A stretch of DNA of 64,000 bases. Origin: Candidatus Multivoradales bacterium. Lineage in GTDB: Bacteria; Acidobacteriota; Thermoanaerobaculia; Multivoradales; Multivoraceae. Under the pieces are notes generated by a model that had not been told where the DNA came from, did not search any database, and worked only from the letters and a program-made list of their open reading frames with translations. Positions within the stretch are counted from its first letter, which is position 1. Each line of letters begins with the position of its first letter. This document shows positions 1 through 10,029 of this stretch, piece after piece. The position numbers were made by a program, and so were the translations under genes. The stretch lies in the NCBI GenBank assembly GCA_965223325.1, contig CBDCWI010000002.1, forward strand, positions 672,001-736,000. Direction: 5' to 3'.

Positions 1-44
1 AGGCTGGCGAGAAAAGCTGGGACCATCACCTCGAGTAGCAGGCG

Positions 45-512
45 TTGAGCCCCGACAGCCTGGTCGAACTCGGCCTGCTCGGTCTTTTCGTCGCCGCCTT
101 CCTCGCCGGATCGATCCTGCCCTTCGCCTCCGAAGCTGTTCTCACCGGGCTCCTGCTGGTGGGCGTTGGGGCCCCGTCGGCGGTGAGCACCGCCACCGCA
201 GGGAACGTTCTCGGAGCGCTCACCGTGTACGCCATCGGCCGCTACGCGGGCGGCGGCGCACTCAGGCGGCGCTTCATGAGACGCCTCGGCGCGAACGACC
301 CGAAACGCGCCGCGGCGGCCGACGAGAGGATCGCACGCTGGGGACCACTGGTCCTTCTCTTCTCCTGGGTGCCGGTTCTCGGCGACGCGCTGGTCCTGGC
401 AGCAGGCCTGGCAAAGCTCGACGCACGGCGAGTTCTTCTGTTTGTGGCGCTCGGTAAAGGAGCCCGCTACTGCTTTGTCGCCTGGGCGGTCTCGAAAGCC
501 GCCGGCGGCTGA
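45..512 (+). CDS. YqaA/DedA (SNARE-associated, VTT domain) membrane protein
   Basis: Hydrophobic 155 aa with FLAGSILPFASE, GNVLG, SWVPVLGD and GKGARY motifs typical of YqaA. Confidence 0.85.
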   Translation: MSPDSLVELGLLGLFVAAFLAGSILPFASEAVLTGLLLVGVGAPSAVSTATAGNVLGALTVYAIGRYAGGGALRRRFMRRLGANDPKRAAAADERIARWGPLVLLFSWVPVLGDALVLAAGLAKLDARRVLLFVALGKGARYCFVAWAVSKAAGG

Positions 513-1633
513 GCGCGGTCGCCGCGATCGCCGATGGGAACCAGCCAACCACCGCCAGGCCGAAGAGCAACTCGAACCCGGTCACCGATCGCTGGTGCCT
601 CGATGTCACCCAGCCCCCTCACCCTGAGCGTCGTGCCCTCGTCGAGCGCCACCACGTCGATTCGGTCGTGCCCATAGAAGCGACACCCGGTGACCACACC
701 GGCCGGGCCATCGAGTCGATGAGGCGAGTCCTCACGGTGGAGTTCGATCTCTTCCGGCCGCACCACCAACATCACTTGGTCGCCGCGACGTAGACCACCC
801 TCGTCACCAGGCCGCCCCACCTCGCCGAGCAGCGAGCTGAGCCGCGTCCCGCGCGCGGCCACCGGAAGGAGCTGGCCGTCGCCAACAAAGCGCGCCACCC
901 AGGCCGAGGCGGGTTGCCGGTAGATATCTTGCGGATGACCGACCTGCAGCACCTCGCCGCCGTCCATGACCACCACCCAGTCTGCGACCGAGAGCGCTTC
1001 TTCCTGGTCATGGGTCACCAGAATCGTGGTCGTACCATAAGAGCGCAGGGTCTCGAGCACCTCGTCACGAACGGTGGCCCGCGAGGCGGCATCGAGGTTG
1101 GCGAACGGCTCATCCAGGAGCACCAGGTCGGGACGCGGTGCCAGCGCACGCGCCACCGCAACGCGCTGCCGCTGGCCGCTCGAAAGCTCGCCCGGGTACC
1201 GCTCCCTGAGCTCGGCCAGGCCGAGACGATCGAGAAGCTCCTCGACGCGGGCCGAGCAATCGCGTCTGGGAAGCCCGTAAGCGACGTTCTTGGCTACCAC
1301 CAGGTGCGGAAAGAGAGCACCTTCCTGGAAGACCATGCCGACCCGGCGCTGCTCGGGCAGAACGAACCGCGAGGCGTCAACCAGCACGCGACCGCCGAGC
1401 GCGATACTGCCGGTGGCCGGACGCTCGAAGCCGGCGATCGCTCGCAGGACGGTCGTCTTGCCACAGCCACTCGGCCCGAGGATCGCGGTGACCAGGCCCG
1501 CCGGTGCCACAAAGGAGACATCGCGCACCGCCACGACGTCGCCGTAGTGCAGGCGAAGGTTGGTCGCCCGGAGCTCTGGCGCTCGCTTCAAGACCGAACG
1601 CCCCCTTCTGGAAGGCACCACTCGAGAGAACAC
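467..1633 (-). CDS. ABC transporter ATP-binding protein (FbpC/PotA-like, TOBE domain)
   Basis: Walker A GPSGCGKT, signature LSSGQRQR, Walker B LLLDEP, VTHDQEEA; start uncertain. Confidence 0.9.
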   Translation of the reverse strand: MFSRVVPSRRGRSVLKRAPELRATNLRLHYGDVVAVRDVSFVAPAGLVTAILGPSGCGKTTVLRAIAGFERPATGSIALGGRVLVDASRFVLPEQRRVGMVFQEGALFPHLVVAKNVAYGLPRRDCSARVEELLDRLGLAELRERYPGELSSGQRQRVAVARALAPRPDLVLLDEPFANLDAASRATVRDEVLETLRSYGTTTILVTHDQEEALSVADWVVVMDGGEVLQVGHPQDIYRQPASAWVARFVGDGQLLPVAARGTRLSSLLGEVGRPGDEGGLRRGDQVMLVVRPEEIELHREDSPHRLDGPAGVVTGCRFYGHDRIDVVALDEGTTLRVRGLGDIEAPAIGDRVRVALRPGGGWLVPIGDRGDRAQPPAAFETAQATKQ

Positions 1634-1758
1634 CTCACACGGAGGGATCGTCGACGGACGGGGGGAAGAATCCTGCGGCGAAAAGGCATGGAGTGGCTCC
1701 GGAGAATCGCCTGATGGAGGTGTCCATCAAGGACCATTCTGGTACGGATAGTTCTTGG

Positions 1759-1788
1759 ATTGTGGGGTTCCCCGCTTCAGGTTGTCAA
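1759..1788 (-). promoter_or_regulatory. Putative sigma70 promoter for the ABC ATPase gene
   Basis: Minus strand TTGACA (1788-1783), 18 nt, CACAAT (1764-1759). Confidence 0.5.
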
Positions 1789-1891
1789 CAAACCGAACCC
1801 GCGTACTTGCCGCAAGGCCCGGGATCCACGGCCTGACGCTACCGGGGCCCCGGGCTAGAGGCCCCCTGGTTGCCCGCTAACATCCACTCCC

Positions 1892-3997
1892 ATGCCTCGC
1901 TCTCGGTTCCTCCACGTGACCCTCAACGCGATCCTGGCGATCAGTCTCCTCAGCTGTCGGCCGGAGCCGTCATCTCTTGCCAGCGCCAGCGAAGGGAACG
2001 GCTCAGACGAGGGTCGACCGGACATCCTGCTCGTGACCCTGGACACCACGCGCGCCGATGCCATGGACTGGGAATCGGGCGGCACCGCGACTCCCAACCT
2101 GGCGGCGCTCGCCGAGCGAGGAGTGCGCTTCGCCCACGCCTACACCACGGTGCCTACGACGCTTCCCGCCCACACCTCTCTCTTGAGCGGCCAGTATCCG
2201 GCCGAGCATGGAGTCCACGAGAACGCGCGCACACTCGACCCGGCGACGCCGCTGGTCACAGCAGAGCTCAGCGCCTCCGGATACGAGACAGCGGCGTTCG
2301 TCAGCGCCGCGCCACTGGCGGCACGATTTGGCCTGGCGCGTGGTTTCGCGCTCTACGATGACGACTTCCCCACCGGCCAAGCCGAACGCTCGGCCACCCA
2401 GACGACAAAGCGCGCAGAGCACTTCCTGACGGCAGCCGATTCCACGGAGCCGATCTTCCTGTGGGTGCACTACTTCGATCCCCACGACCCCTACCAGCCG
2501 CCCGAGCCTTTCGCCTCGCGTTTCCGAGACCGTCCGTACCTGGGCGAAGTGGCCGCCATGGACGATGCCTTCGGCTCCCTTCTTGCGACGTTCGAGCAAG
2601 TCGCCAAGAGGCGTGGGAGGAGTCACCAGGTGCTGGTGGTCGGCGATCACGGTGAAGGGCTTGGCGACCATGGCGAGGTCCGGCACGGCAACCTGCTCTA
2701 CCAGGGCACGATCCGGGTTCCGCTGGTGATCGCCGGCGAAGGCGTCACCGTTTCAGTACGCAAAGACGAGGTCAGCACACGACGGGTCTACGACACCATC
2801 CGGGCCTGGGCCAAACTCGAGCGAATCGCCACGGAGAACTCCCTGCTCGACCCGGGAGTCGATGAAGTCGTCATCGCGGAGGCGATGAAGCCGTTTCTGC
2901 AGTACGGTTGGCAGCCCCAGGTAGCAGCCGTTGGTCCAACCTCCGCAGGCGCAACGTCGAAAGCCATCATGGCCGGCGACTTCGAACTCTTCGACCTGAC
3001 CCGTGATCCCCACGAGAGCCTCGACCTCTCCAAAGCCGGCGCGCGTCTCCCCACCACCCTGGCCGATGCCATCTCTTCCTACCCGGTGGTCCCGCGGCTG
3101 AGACAAAGCTCGCTCGCCAACACCAACAAGCCGGCCCTCGACAACACCGAGAGGGCCGAGCTGGCGGCGCTCGGCTACGCAGATGCGACCGGCCCCTCGG
3201 TTCGGGTCGGCCTACGCGAAGACGCGCCAGCGCCGCGCGCGATGACTGGCCTCTTCGAATTGCTCGACCGCGGCTCGCTCCTTTTTGCTGCAGGTCGCTA
3301 CCAGGAAGCTTCGGTGGTGTTCGAGAAGGTGCGCTCCTCGGACCCGAACAACCCGGCAGCCGTCATGCGGCTTGCCATCGCTGCCTCGAGCCTCGGTGAA
3401 ACCAGAAAGGCCGATCGGCTCTTCGAGGAAGCACGCCGATTGGCACCGGACTCGCCAGATGTTCGCCACTACCACGCCATGCACCTTCTGCGCAGCAACC
3501 GCCCGCTGCTCGCCGAACCCTTCTTCATGGCGGTGCTCGACCAAATGCCCAATCGCCTCCCGGCCCTCGAAGCCCTCAGCCGCATCCGTGAGCGCCAGGG
3601 GCGCCTCCCGGAGGCACGCGAGCTTCTCGAACGTGCCAACGCCCTGGGACTTGCGGACAAAACCACGCTCGTGCGTCTGGGAGGCCTTCGTATGATGATG
3701 GGCGACAGCCGTCCCGCGATCGACGCGCTAGAACGAGCCCGCGCTCTTCCCGGCCCCTTCCCCTCCGATCTCGAGTTGGGAGTGCTCTATCTCGCCGAGC
3801 GACAGTTTGAACAGGCGCGCCAGGCTCTCGACCGGGTCCCGCCGAATCACCCCGGCTGGCCCATGGCGGCCTTCAAGCGCGCCCAGGTCAGCGTCCTGCT
3901 CGACGAACCCGATCAGGCGGAGTACATCGAAAGGGCCCGCCAAGTCGCCGATGACACCACCCGCAAACTAATCGCCGGGGAGCGACTCTTTCAGTAG
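1892..3997 (+). CDS. Sulfatase-like hydrolase (alkaline phosphatase superfamily) with C-terminal TPRs, probable lipoprotein
   Basis: LLSC lipobox, LVTLDTTRAD, TLPAHTSLLSG, HYFDPH, GDHGE, LAALGY, then TPR-like helices. Confidence 0.85.
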   Translation: MPRSRFLHVTLNAILAISLLSCRPEPSSLASASEGNGSDEGRPDILLVTLDTTRADAMDWESGGTATPNLAALAERGVRFAHAYTTVPTTLPAHTSLLSGQYPAEHGVHENARTLDPATPLVTAELSASGYETAAFVSAAPLAARFGLARGFALYDDDFPTGQAERSATQTTKRAEHFLTAADSTEPIFLWVHYFDPHDPYQPPEPFASRFRDRPYLGEVAAMDDAFGSLLATFEQVAKRRGRSHQVLVVGDHGEGLGDHGEVRHGNLLYQGTIRVPLVIAGEGVTVSVRKDEVSTRRVYDTIRAWAKLERIATENSLLDPGVDEVVIAEAMKPFLQYGWQPQVAAVGPTSAGATSKAIMAGDFELFDLTRDPHESLDLSKAGARLPTTLADAISSYPVVPRLRQSSLANTNKPALDNTERAELAALGYADATGPSVRVGLREDAPAPRAMTGLFELLDRGSLLFAAGRYQEASVVFEKVRSSDPNNPAAVMRLAIAASSLGETRKADRLFEEARRLAPDSPDVRHYHAMHLLRSNRPLLAEPFFMAVLDQMPNRLPALEALSRIRERQGRLPEARELLERANALGLADKTTLVRLGGLRMMMGDSRPAIDALERARALPGPFPSDLELGVLYLAERQFEQARQALDRVPPNHPGWPMAAFKRAQVSVLLDEPDQAEYIERARQVADDTTRKLIAGERLFQ

Positions 3998-4010
3998 GCC
4001 TCCCTCGCCG

Positions 4011-4526
4011 TCACGCTTCGCCCCGCACCATGCGAGCGACCTGTTCGAGCAAGGCGTCGACCGCCACCCGGTGCTGCTCGATCGGTGCAGAAGAAAGCTC
4101 TTCGGGCTCTCGCCACGACAACTCCGCCAGCTCGTCGCGTTTGGCCACCACCGCAAACCGGACCGACGGCTCACGGGACAGGTGCTCGAAGAGCAGCGCC
4201 TGCTCGAGCTCGATCAACATCTCGTGAAGACGGCGCATCACTCGGAAGACTTCGAAGATCTGCGTTCGCATTGACGGAGTGCTACGCCAGTCGCGGCCGC
4301 CGAAACTGTGCTGAGTGACCTTCTGGCCCGCACCGAAACAGTCGTAGACCACACAGCCCGAGAACCCATGGTCAGACAAACGGTCGTGAATCGCACACCG
4401 AAACCCTTCGGTCAGATGACGACAGGGATCACCGGATGCCTTGTCGACGGCGAACTCCTCTGACTCAGAAAAGCCGGGAGCTACGCAGCACAGGCCACTG
4501 CACGCTTGGCAGTCGGCGACCAACAT
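4011..4526 (-). CDS. Cys-cluster protein (zinc/iron-chelating, like the N-domain of pentapeptide-repeat proteins)
   Basis: DCQACSGLCCVA...PCRHL...CAIH...GCVVYDCFGAGQ; start set at MLVADC, uncertain. Confidence 0.65.
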   Translation of the reverse strand: MLVADCQACSGLCCVAPGFSESEEFAVDKASGDPCRHLTEGFRCAIHDRLSDHGFSGCVVYDCFGAGQKVTQHSFGGRDWRSTPSMRTQIFEVFRVMRRLHEMLIELEQALLFEHLSREPSVRFAVVAKRDELAELSWREPEELSSAPIEQHRVAVDALLEQVARMVRGEA

Positions 4527-4582
4527 CGAGTCGCGCTCGAGCAGTGCGGGGCGCCCGGTGTTTCTGGTCACCGCGCCGATCT

Positions 4583-5242
4583 TCAGTCGAAGCTCGCTTC
4601 GATTGCCTCGACGTACGGGCGACGCACACCGAGCTTGTTCGCGGCGTAGGCGGCGGCATCGAGCTCCGCGAGTCGAGCGGCTTCGGTCAGGGCCTGCTCG
4701 TGAAGTTCTTCGGCCGCCACCGTTCGGTCGAGGTACCCCACCGCCCGAGCCTCTTCTGGACCGTAAAGCTCTGAACGCACAGCCGCCGCCGGTAGATGAT
4801 GCGAGGCCAGGCCGGCGCGTGCAATCTCGAGACCGAAGACCGGGAGCGCCATGCCGATCGCGGTCTCGTTGAGGCCGATCTTCCAATCACCCACCGCGCC
4901 CAGCCTGGTGTCGGATGCCAGGAGCAGAAGTGCCCCTGCCGCCAAGGCGTGCCCGGTGCAGGCCGAGACCACCGGCTGCGGATGCTTGAAGAGCCGCAGC
5001 AGCAGCCGCCCGCCGGCATCGACGAGTGCGCTCGCCTCCGCCGGCCCTTTACCGATTTCTTTGAGATCGAAGCCGGCCGAGAACACGCCTTTGCGGCCCT
5101 CGATCAGAACCGCCCTGGCCTCTCGCTCGGCTCGGTCGAGGGCCTCATGGAGGGCACCGATCAAACCATGACCGAGGGGGTTGGCCTTGCCGTCGTCCAG
5201 GCAGAGGACGGCAACCGAGTCGTTCAAGCTGAATTCCAACAT
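4583..5242 (-). CDS. Crotonase/enoyl-CoA hydratase family protein
   Basis: DDGKAN, FSAGFDL, GHALAAG, IGLNETAIG; ATG at 5242. Confidence 0.9.
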   Translation of the reverse strand: MLEFSLNDSVAVLCLDDGKANPLGHGLIGALHEALDRAEREARAVLIEGRKGVFSAGFDLKEIGKGPAEASALVDAGGRLLLRLFKHPQPVVSACTGHALAAGALLLLASDTRLGAVGDWKIGLNETAIGMALPVFGLEIARAGLASHHLPAAAVRSELYGPEEARAVGYLDRTVAAEELHEQALTEAARLAELDAAAYAANKLGVRRPYVEAIEASFD

Positions 5243-5258
5243 CTGATCTGTTCCTGTT

Positions 5259-6998
5259 CTAACGTCTGTCGAAGCGTAGGCGACGAATTCGCGAACCCTC
5301 GTTGATGAACAACGCCTTGACCCGCCCCGTCCCGTCGCGCTCGAAGTGTACGACCCAGGGCACGGTGATCTGTTGTCGTAGCCGCCGCGGAAAGCGCGCA
5401 TTGACGACATCCTCGAGCTCGAACGTATCGCTCCACAGCGGTGAGAGTTCCTGGGGCGGACGAAACGGTGCATCGAAGAGCAACCGGCCGCCTTCGACGG
5501 TGATCGAGTAGGAGACGTCGAGCTCGTTGCTGCTGAAGAGGCCAGTGTATTCGGTGAGCTCTGCGAGCGACGGCGTAGGCTCCTCCATGTGCACGAAGCG
5601 GCGCTCTTCTTCGAGCCCCAGGTCCATGAAACGGGCGCTCTGCCCTTCGGGTCCCGACGACGACTCGGAGAAGGCAACCTCAAAGGGCGGCCCCTCGAGC
5701 TCGAACCGGTTGTCCGCGCTTGCCCTGGCGGCGACTGCTCCGAGAACCAGGCCGTCGTCGTTGGCACCCACCCGAATCACGCTGTGGTCGTCGAGACTTC
5801 GATACGTCCCGGCCCAACGGGTGAAGTCTGTGGCATCGCGACTCGGCTTTGTGGACCCTGGCCCCGGTGCTGACGGCGCCAGGGTCGGGGTCATTGCCGG
5901 GCCCAACACCGCATCGACCACCTGGTGCGCTAAACGCGTCGGGTTGATGTCACCGTCGTTGCACAAAAGGGCGATCGAGAGCCGGTCGTCTTCCGGGTAT
6001 CGAGCAAGGTAGGCGCGGTAGCCGGCGGTGCCGCCGCTGTGGGCGACTTGGCGCATGCCCCGGTACTGGCCCATGATCAAGCCGAGCGCGTAGGCATTGA
6101 CCGTACCGTTGTTGAGCCGCCCCTGGGTCTCGAGCGCCAGCGACAGGTCCTTACCGAGAACGGTTCCCAGGTCGAGTTCCGAGTTCCAGCGCTCGAGGTC
6201 ACCCACCGTCGTCAACAGGCCGCCGTTGCCATGCACGTCGGTGTTCGACATGTTGGTGTGCCGCACGTCGCCAGGACCGGTTTCATAGGCAGTCGCACGA
6301 CCAGCGATCACCTCAGTGAAGTCGTCTCGCCACTCGGTGTGTGACATTCCGAGCGGCTCGAAGAGTCGAGCATCGGTGAAATCCTGGAGCGACTGGCCGG
6401 AGACCCGTTCGACGATGAGCGCCGCGAGGATGTAGCCACTGTTGCTGTACAGGTACTCCTCACCGGGCAGAAAGTTGAGGTCCTGCTGACGGGCGATGAG
6501 CGCCAGGATCTCGCTGTTGTCGTGCGCCGCCCGACCGTCGGGACGCCCCTGTAGCGCCACCAGCGCCCGAAAGGTACGCAACCCGCTGGTGTGGTTGAGC
6601 ATCTGTCGAATGGTGATCGGCACGCCGAAGTCGGGTACCTCGGGGAGGTAGGTCCGCACATCGTCGTCGAACGACAGCTTCGCGTCGGCAGCTAGGAGCA
6701 CCACCGCTGCAGCGACGAACTGTTTCGACACCGAACCGGCTTCGAAAATCGTCTCGGGGGTGATCTTGCTCGGCTGCTCGAGATGTGCCATTCCGTAGCC
6801 GCGCGCGAAGACGTTCTGACCTCCGCGCGCGATCGAAACCGCGCAGCCAGGACTGTCGCTGCTGTTCCACGGAGCGAACACGGAATCGACACGCCGCGCA
6901 TCCGCTCGCGAGAGTTTCGCCGCCCCGGCGGGTAGGGCGACCAAGAGGCCTGACACCGCGAGGGTCACGAGCCCCTTCAGATTCATCTGGATTCTCAT
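5259..6998 (-). CDS. Secreted serine hydrolase (beta-lactamase/class C-like)
   Basis: Signal peptide; SxxK (SVSK), YxN (YSN), HSG motifs. Confidence 0.9.
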   Translation of the reverse strand: MRIQMNLKGLVTLAVSGLLVALPAGAAKLSRADARRVDSVFAPWNSSDSPGCAVSIARGGQNVFARGYGMAHLEQPSKITPETIFEAGSVSKQFVAAAVVLLAADAKLSFDDDVRTYLPEVPDFGVPITIRQMLNHTSGLRTFRALVALQGRPDGRAAHDNSEILALIARQQDLNFLPGEEYLYSNSGYILAALIVERVSGQSLQDFTDARLFEPLGMSHTEWRDDFTEVIAGRATAYETGPGDVRHTNMSNTDVHGNGGLLTTVGDLERWNSELDLGTVLGKDLSLALETQGRLNNGTVNAYALGLIMGQYRGMRQVAHSGGTAGYRAYLARYPEDDRLSIALLCNDGDINPTRLAHQVVDAVLGPAMTPTLAPSAPGPGSTKPSRDATDFTRWAGTYRSLDDHSVIRVGANDDGLVLGAVAARASADNRFELEGPPFEVAFSESSSGPEGQSARFMDLGLEEERRFVHMEEPTPSLAELTEYTGLFSSNELDVSYSITVEGGRLLFDAPFRPPQELSPLWSDTFELEDVVNARFPRRLRQQITVPWVVHFERDGTGRVKALFINEGSRIRRLRFDRR

Positions 6999-7000
6999 TA

Positions 7001-7993
7001 CTAGCCTTCCTCGACCGAGAACAGTTTGCCGCGCACCGCCCTACGGTACATCGACGGCGTCTGTCCCATGACCGCTCGGAAGACGGTGGCGAAGTAGGCG
7101 TTGTCGTCGTAGCCCACTTCGGCTCCAACCTGCGCAATCGAGAAGTTGGTTTTCGCCAGCAGCTCGCAGGCGAGGGCGATGCGCAGATCGCGGTGGTAGT
7201 CGATCGGTGAAATGCCGGTGGCCTCGCGAAAGCGCCGGTGAAGCGTCCTGGGGCTGACTCCGAGCTCCAGAGCGAGGTCGCTGATACGCACCTTCTCCGC
7301 CAGGCGCTCGCTCAGCCACTGCTGCGCGTCGACGATCATTTCGTCGCGGTGGGGGTTGACCTCCCCTTCGATGAACCCCTGCGAGCGGTACGGCCGCCGG
7401 CTCTCAGGAGAAAACTGCACCGCCACGTGGCGTGCCATGCGCGGCCCGTAAAGGCGCTCGATGAAATGCGTCGTGAGATCGGCCAACGAGTTGACGCTCC
7501 CAGCACAGTAGTGATTGCCAGCGCGAGTGATCAGGTGGTCACGCTTGAGGTCGACTCGCGGGTAGCGCCGCGCAAACGCGTCGAGGTAGAACCAGTGCGT
7601 GGTCGCGGGCTTACCGTCGAGCAGACCCGCCTCGGCTGGGAAGAACGCCCCGGTGCCGGAAGAACAGATCATCGTCTGACCGGCGGCGAGCTCTGAAAGC
7701 GCGGGCAGGACCTCGGAACACTCGCGGACCACCGGCAGGGGGTTGCGAAAGAAAGACGGGAAGAACAACAGATCGACCGCGCCGAGATCGGAGAACGCGC
7801 AATCCGCTTCAATCGACATGCGTTCGAAGGCCGGTACCGAGCGACCGTCGACGGTCGCAATCTTGATCTCGAGGTTCGAAACCGCACGCCGACGGGCGCG
7901 GTCGAGCCCGTCGGCGGCGCGAATCATCTCCGCGGGAATCGTGATGCTGGTCATCAGGGCGCGCGGGTGAAGGAAGAAGGCAACGGTTGGCAT
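7001..7993 (-). CDS. GlxA-family transcriptional regulator (DJ-1/PfpI + AraC HTH)
   Basis: GLLDGKPATTHW; SPRTLHRRF and VGYDDNAYF...F HTH motifs. Confidence 0.9.
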   Translation of the reverse strand: MPTVAFFLHPRALMTSITIPAEMIRAADGLDRARRRAVSNLEIKIATVDGRSVPAFERMSIEADCAFSDLGAVDLLFFPSFFRNPLPVVRECSEVLPALSELAAGQTMICSSGTGAFFPAEAGLLDGKPATTHWFYLDAFARRYPRVDLKRDHLITRAGNHYCAGSVNSLADLTTHFIERLYGPRMARHVAVQFSPESRRPYRSQGFIEGEVNPHRDEMIVDAQQWLSERLAEKVRISDLALELGVSPRTLHRRFREATGISPIDYHRDLRIALACELLAKTNFSIAQVGAEVGYDDNAYFATVFRAVMGQTPSMYRRAVRGKLFSVEEG

Positions 7994-8130
7994 GGGGCGT
8001 TGGACCCTTCGTTTGCTTGGAGAGTTCGCGGTGTGGCGCAATCATTGAATAACTCGGCTCAATTTTCAAATAACACCCGCGAACGCCCGCCTAGACTGAC
8101 CGCTCACAATCGCAACATCAGGTGAGAAAC

Positions 8131-9993
8131 ATGACCAGACTCGCCGTGGTCGCGGGATTCGGCGGCATCAATGCCGCCGGCCGCTCCTCAGGACATCACG
8201 GATACAGGCGCACCGTCATCGATCGCCAGAGTCCCGACCGGGCCGATGCCACCTGGCGCAGCCTGGCGGGCTTGATGGGAATCGACTCCCCGATCGATGG
8301 GCCAACGCGCGAGTACCTCGCCGCCCACACCCTGATTCGGGGGCTCGAAGAACAGCACTTCGACCCTGGTGACGCCCCGTGGAACCGGCGCATGGAGGTC
8401 ACCCTCGGGCCCGAGCAGTGGTTCGAAGTCAAGGCACGCGAGCTGCCCACGCCACTTCCTCCGGGTTGGCAGGTCGAGGCCCAAAACGGTTGCAACCTCG
8501 CCGACCCCGGCCGCTACGACCGGGTGCGGGTGCGCCTGAGCGCGCCCACCGAAGTCCTGGTCGAGAGCCGCCGTGCCCTCGGCGTCAGCGCTGCCGGTCA
8601 GCTGCCGACCGGCTTCGATCCCAAGGCGCTCTACGCCGCCCGCAGCCACCCGCGCGCCCTTCAGCTGGCGCTCTATGCCGCCAACGACGCCGTCGGCAGC
8701 CTCGGCATTCCGTGGGAGACCATCACCGAGCGAGTTCCGCCGGACCAGTTCAGCCTCTACGCCGGCAGCGCCCTCGGCCAGATGGACGATGAAGGCAACG
8801 CCGGCCTGCTCGGTTCGCGCTACCGCGGCGGCCGACCGACCTCGAAGCACATCGCGATGGGCCTGGCCGAAATGCCGGCCGATTTCGTCAATGCCTACGT
8901 TCTCGGCAGCCTCGGCAAGACCGGGCACAACATGGGCGCCTGCGCGACCTACTTTTACAACCTCAGACAGGGCCTGCTCGACATTCAGAGTGGCACCTCA
9001 CGCGTCGCCATCGTCGGTGGTGCCGAGGCACCGCTCAATCCTGACGTCGTCGAAGGTCTGGCCACGATGGGCGCACTCGGGCAAGACAAAGCCATCGCGG
9101 AGCTCGATCGTGCGCTCGGCCGCGAGGGACCTGACCTGCGCCGCGCCTGCCGCCCGTTCGCCGAGAACTGCGGCTTTACGATTGCCGAAGGTGCCCAGTA
9201 CATCGTGCTCATGGACGCGCAGCTGGCCGTCGAGCTGGGAGCCGCAATCTACGGCGCAGTCTCAGACGTTCAGGTACACGCCGATGGTCACAAGCGCTCG
9301 ATCTCCTCACCCGGAGTCGGCAACTACGCGACAGTCGCCAAGGCGGTTGCCCGAGCCCGCCGGGACTTCGGAGATCAAGCGATCAAGAAGAGCTTCGTGC
9401 ACGCACACGGCACCGGAACTCCACAGAACCGCACCACCGAATCACACATTCTCTCGACCGTCGCCAAGGCTTTCGGAATCGAAGCCTGGCCAGTCGCAGC
9501 GGTCAAGTGTTTCGTTGGCCACACCATGGCAACCGCGGGTGGTGACCAACTGGTCTCGGCGCTCGGCACCTGGACCGACGGGATTCTGCCCGGGGTCGCG
9601 ACCATCGACCAGGTGGCAGACGACGTCTATCAAGACCACCTGCGCATCTCCCCCGAGCCGTTGGAAGGTGACCCTCGAGAGATGCCCATCGCCTTTCTGA
9701 ACGCCAAGGGCTTCGGCGGCAACAACGCCACCGCCACCCTTCTCTCTCCCTACGAAGCACGAGCCCAGCTGCGGGGGGCCCTCGGAAGCGTGGCGATGTC
9801 AACGTGGGAAGATCGCCACCAGGAAGTCGCCCACCGCATCAGCGACTGGGACCTTGCCCAGACCGAAGGGCGAGCCGAATTCATCTACCGCTACAACCAC
9901 GAGGTCCGTGACGGCAGTCACGTGCAGCTCGATGAGAACACTCTCCGAATCGAAGGCCTGCCAGCGATCGCACTGCTGGACCAGCAAGCCTGA
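8131..9993 (+). CDS. fabY: FabY-like beta-ketoacyl-ACP synthase
   Basis: GFGGINAAGRSSGHHGYRR N-terminus, GACAT catalytic Cys, HAHGTGT, KGFGGNNA; about 620 aa as in PA5174-type enzymes. Confidence 0.8.
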   Translation: MTRLAVVAGFGGINAAGRSSGHHGYRRTVIDRQSPDRADATWRSLAGLMGIDSPIDGPTREYLAAHTLIRGLEEQHFDPGDAPWNRRMEVTLGPEQWFEVKARELPTPLPPGWQVEAQNGCNLADPGRYDRVRVRLSAPTEVLVESRRALGVSAAGQLPTGFDPKALYAARSHPRALQLALYAANDAVGSLGIPWETITERVPPDQFSLYAGSALGQMDDEGNAGLLGSRYRGGRPTSKHIAMGLAEMPADFVNAYVLGSLGKTGHNMGACATYFYNLRQGLLDIQSGTSRVAIVGGAEAPLNPDVVEGLATMGALGQDKAIAELDRALGREGPDLRRACRPFAENCGFTIAEGAQYIVLMDAQLAVELGAAIYGAVSDVQVHADGHKRSISSPGVGNYATVAKAVARARRDFGDQAIKKSFVHAHGTGTPQNRTTESHILSTVAKAFGIEAWPVAAVKCFVGHTMATAGGDQLVSALGTWTDGILPGVATIDQVADDVYQDHLRISPEPLEGDPREMPIAFLNAKGFGGNNATATLLSPYEARAQLRGALGSVAMSTWEDRHQEVAHRISDWDLAQTEGRAEFIYRYNHEVRDGSHVQLDENTLRIEGLPAIALLDQQA

Positions 9994-10029
9994 GGAGCGA
10001 AGAGCGAGCAAATAGAGCAAGAGGAAACC

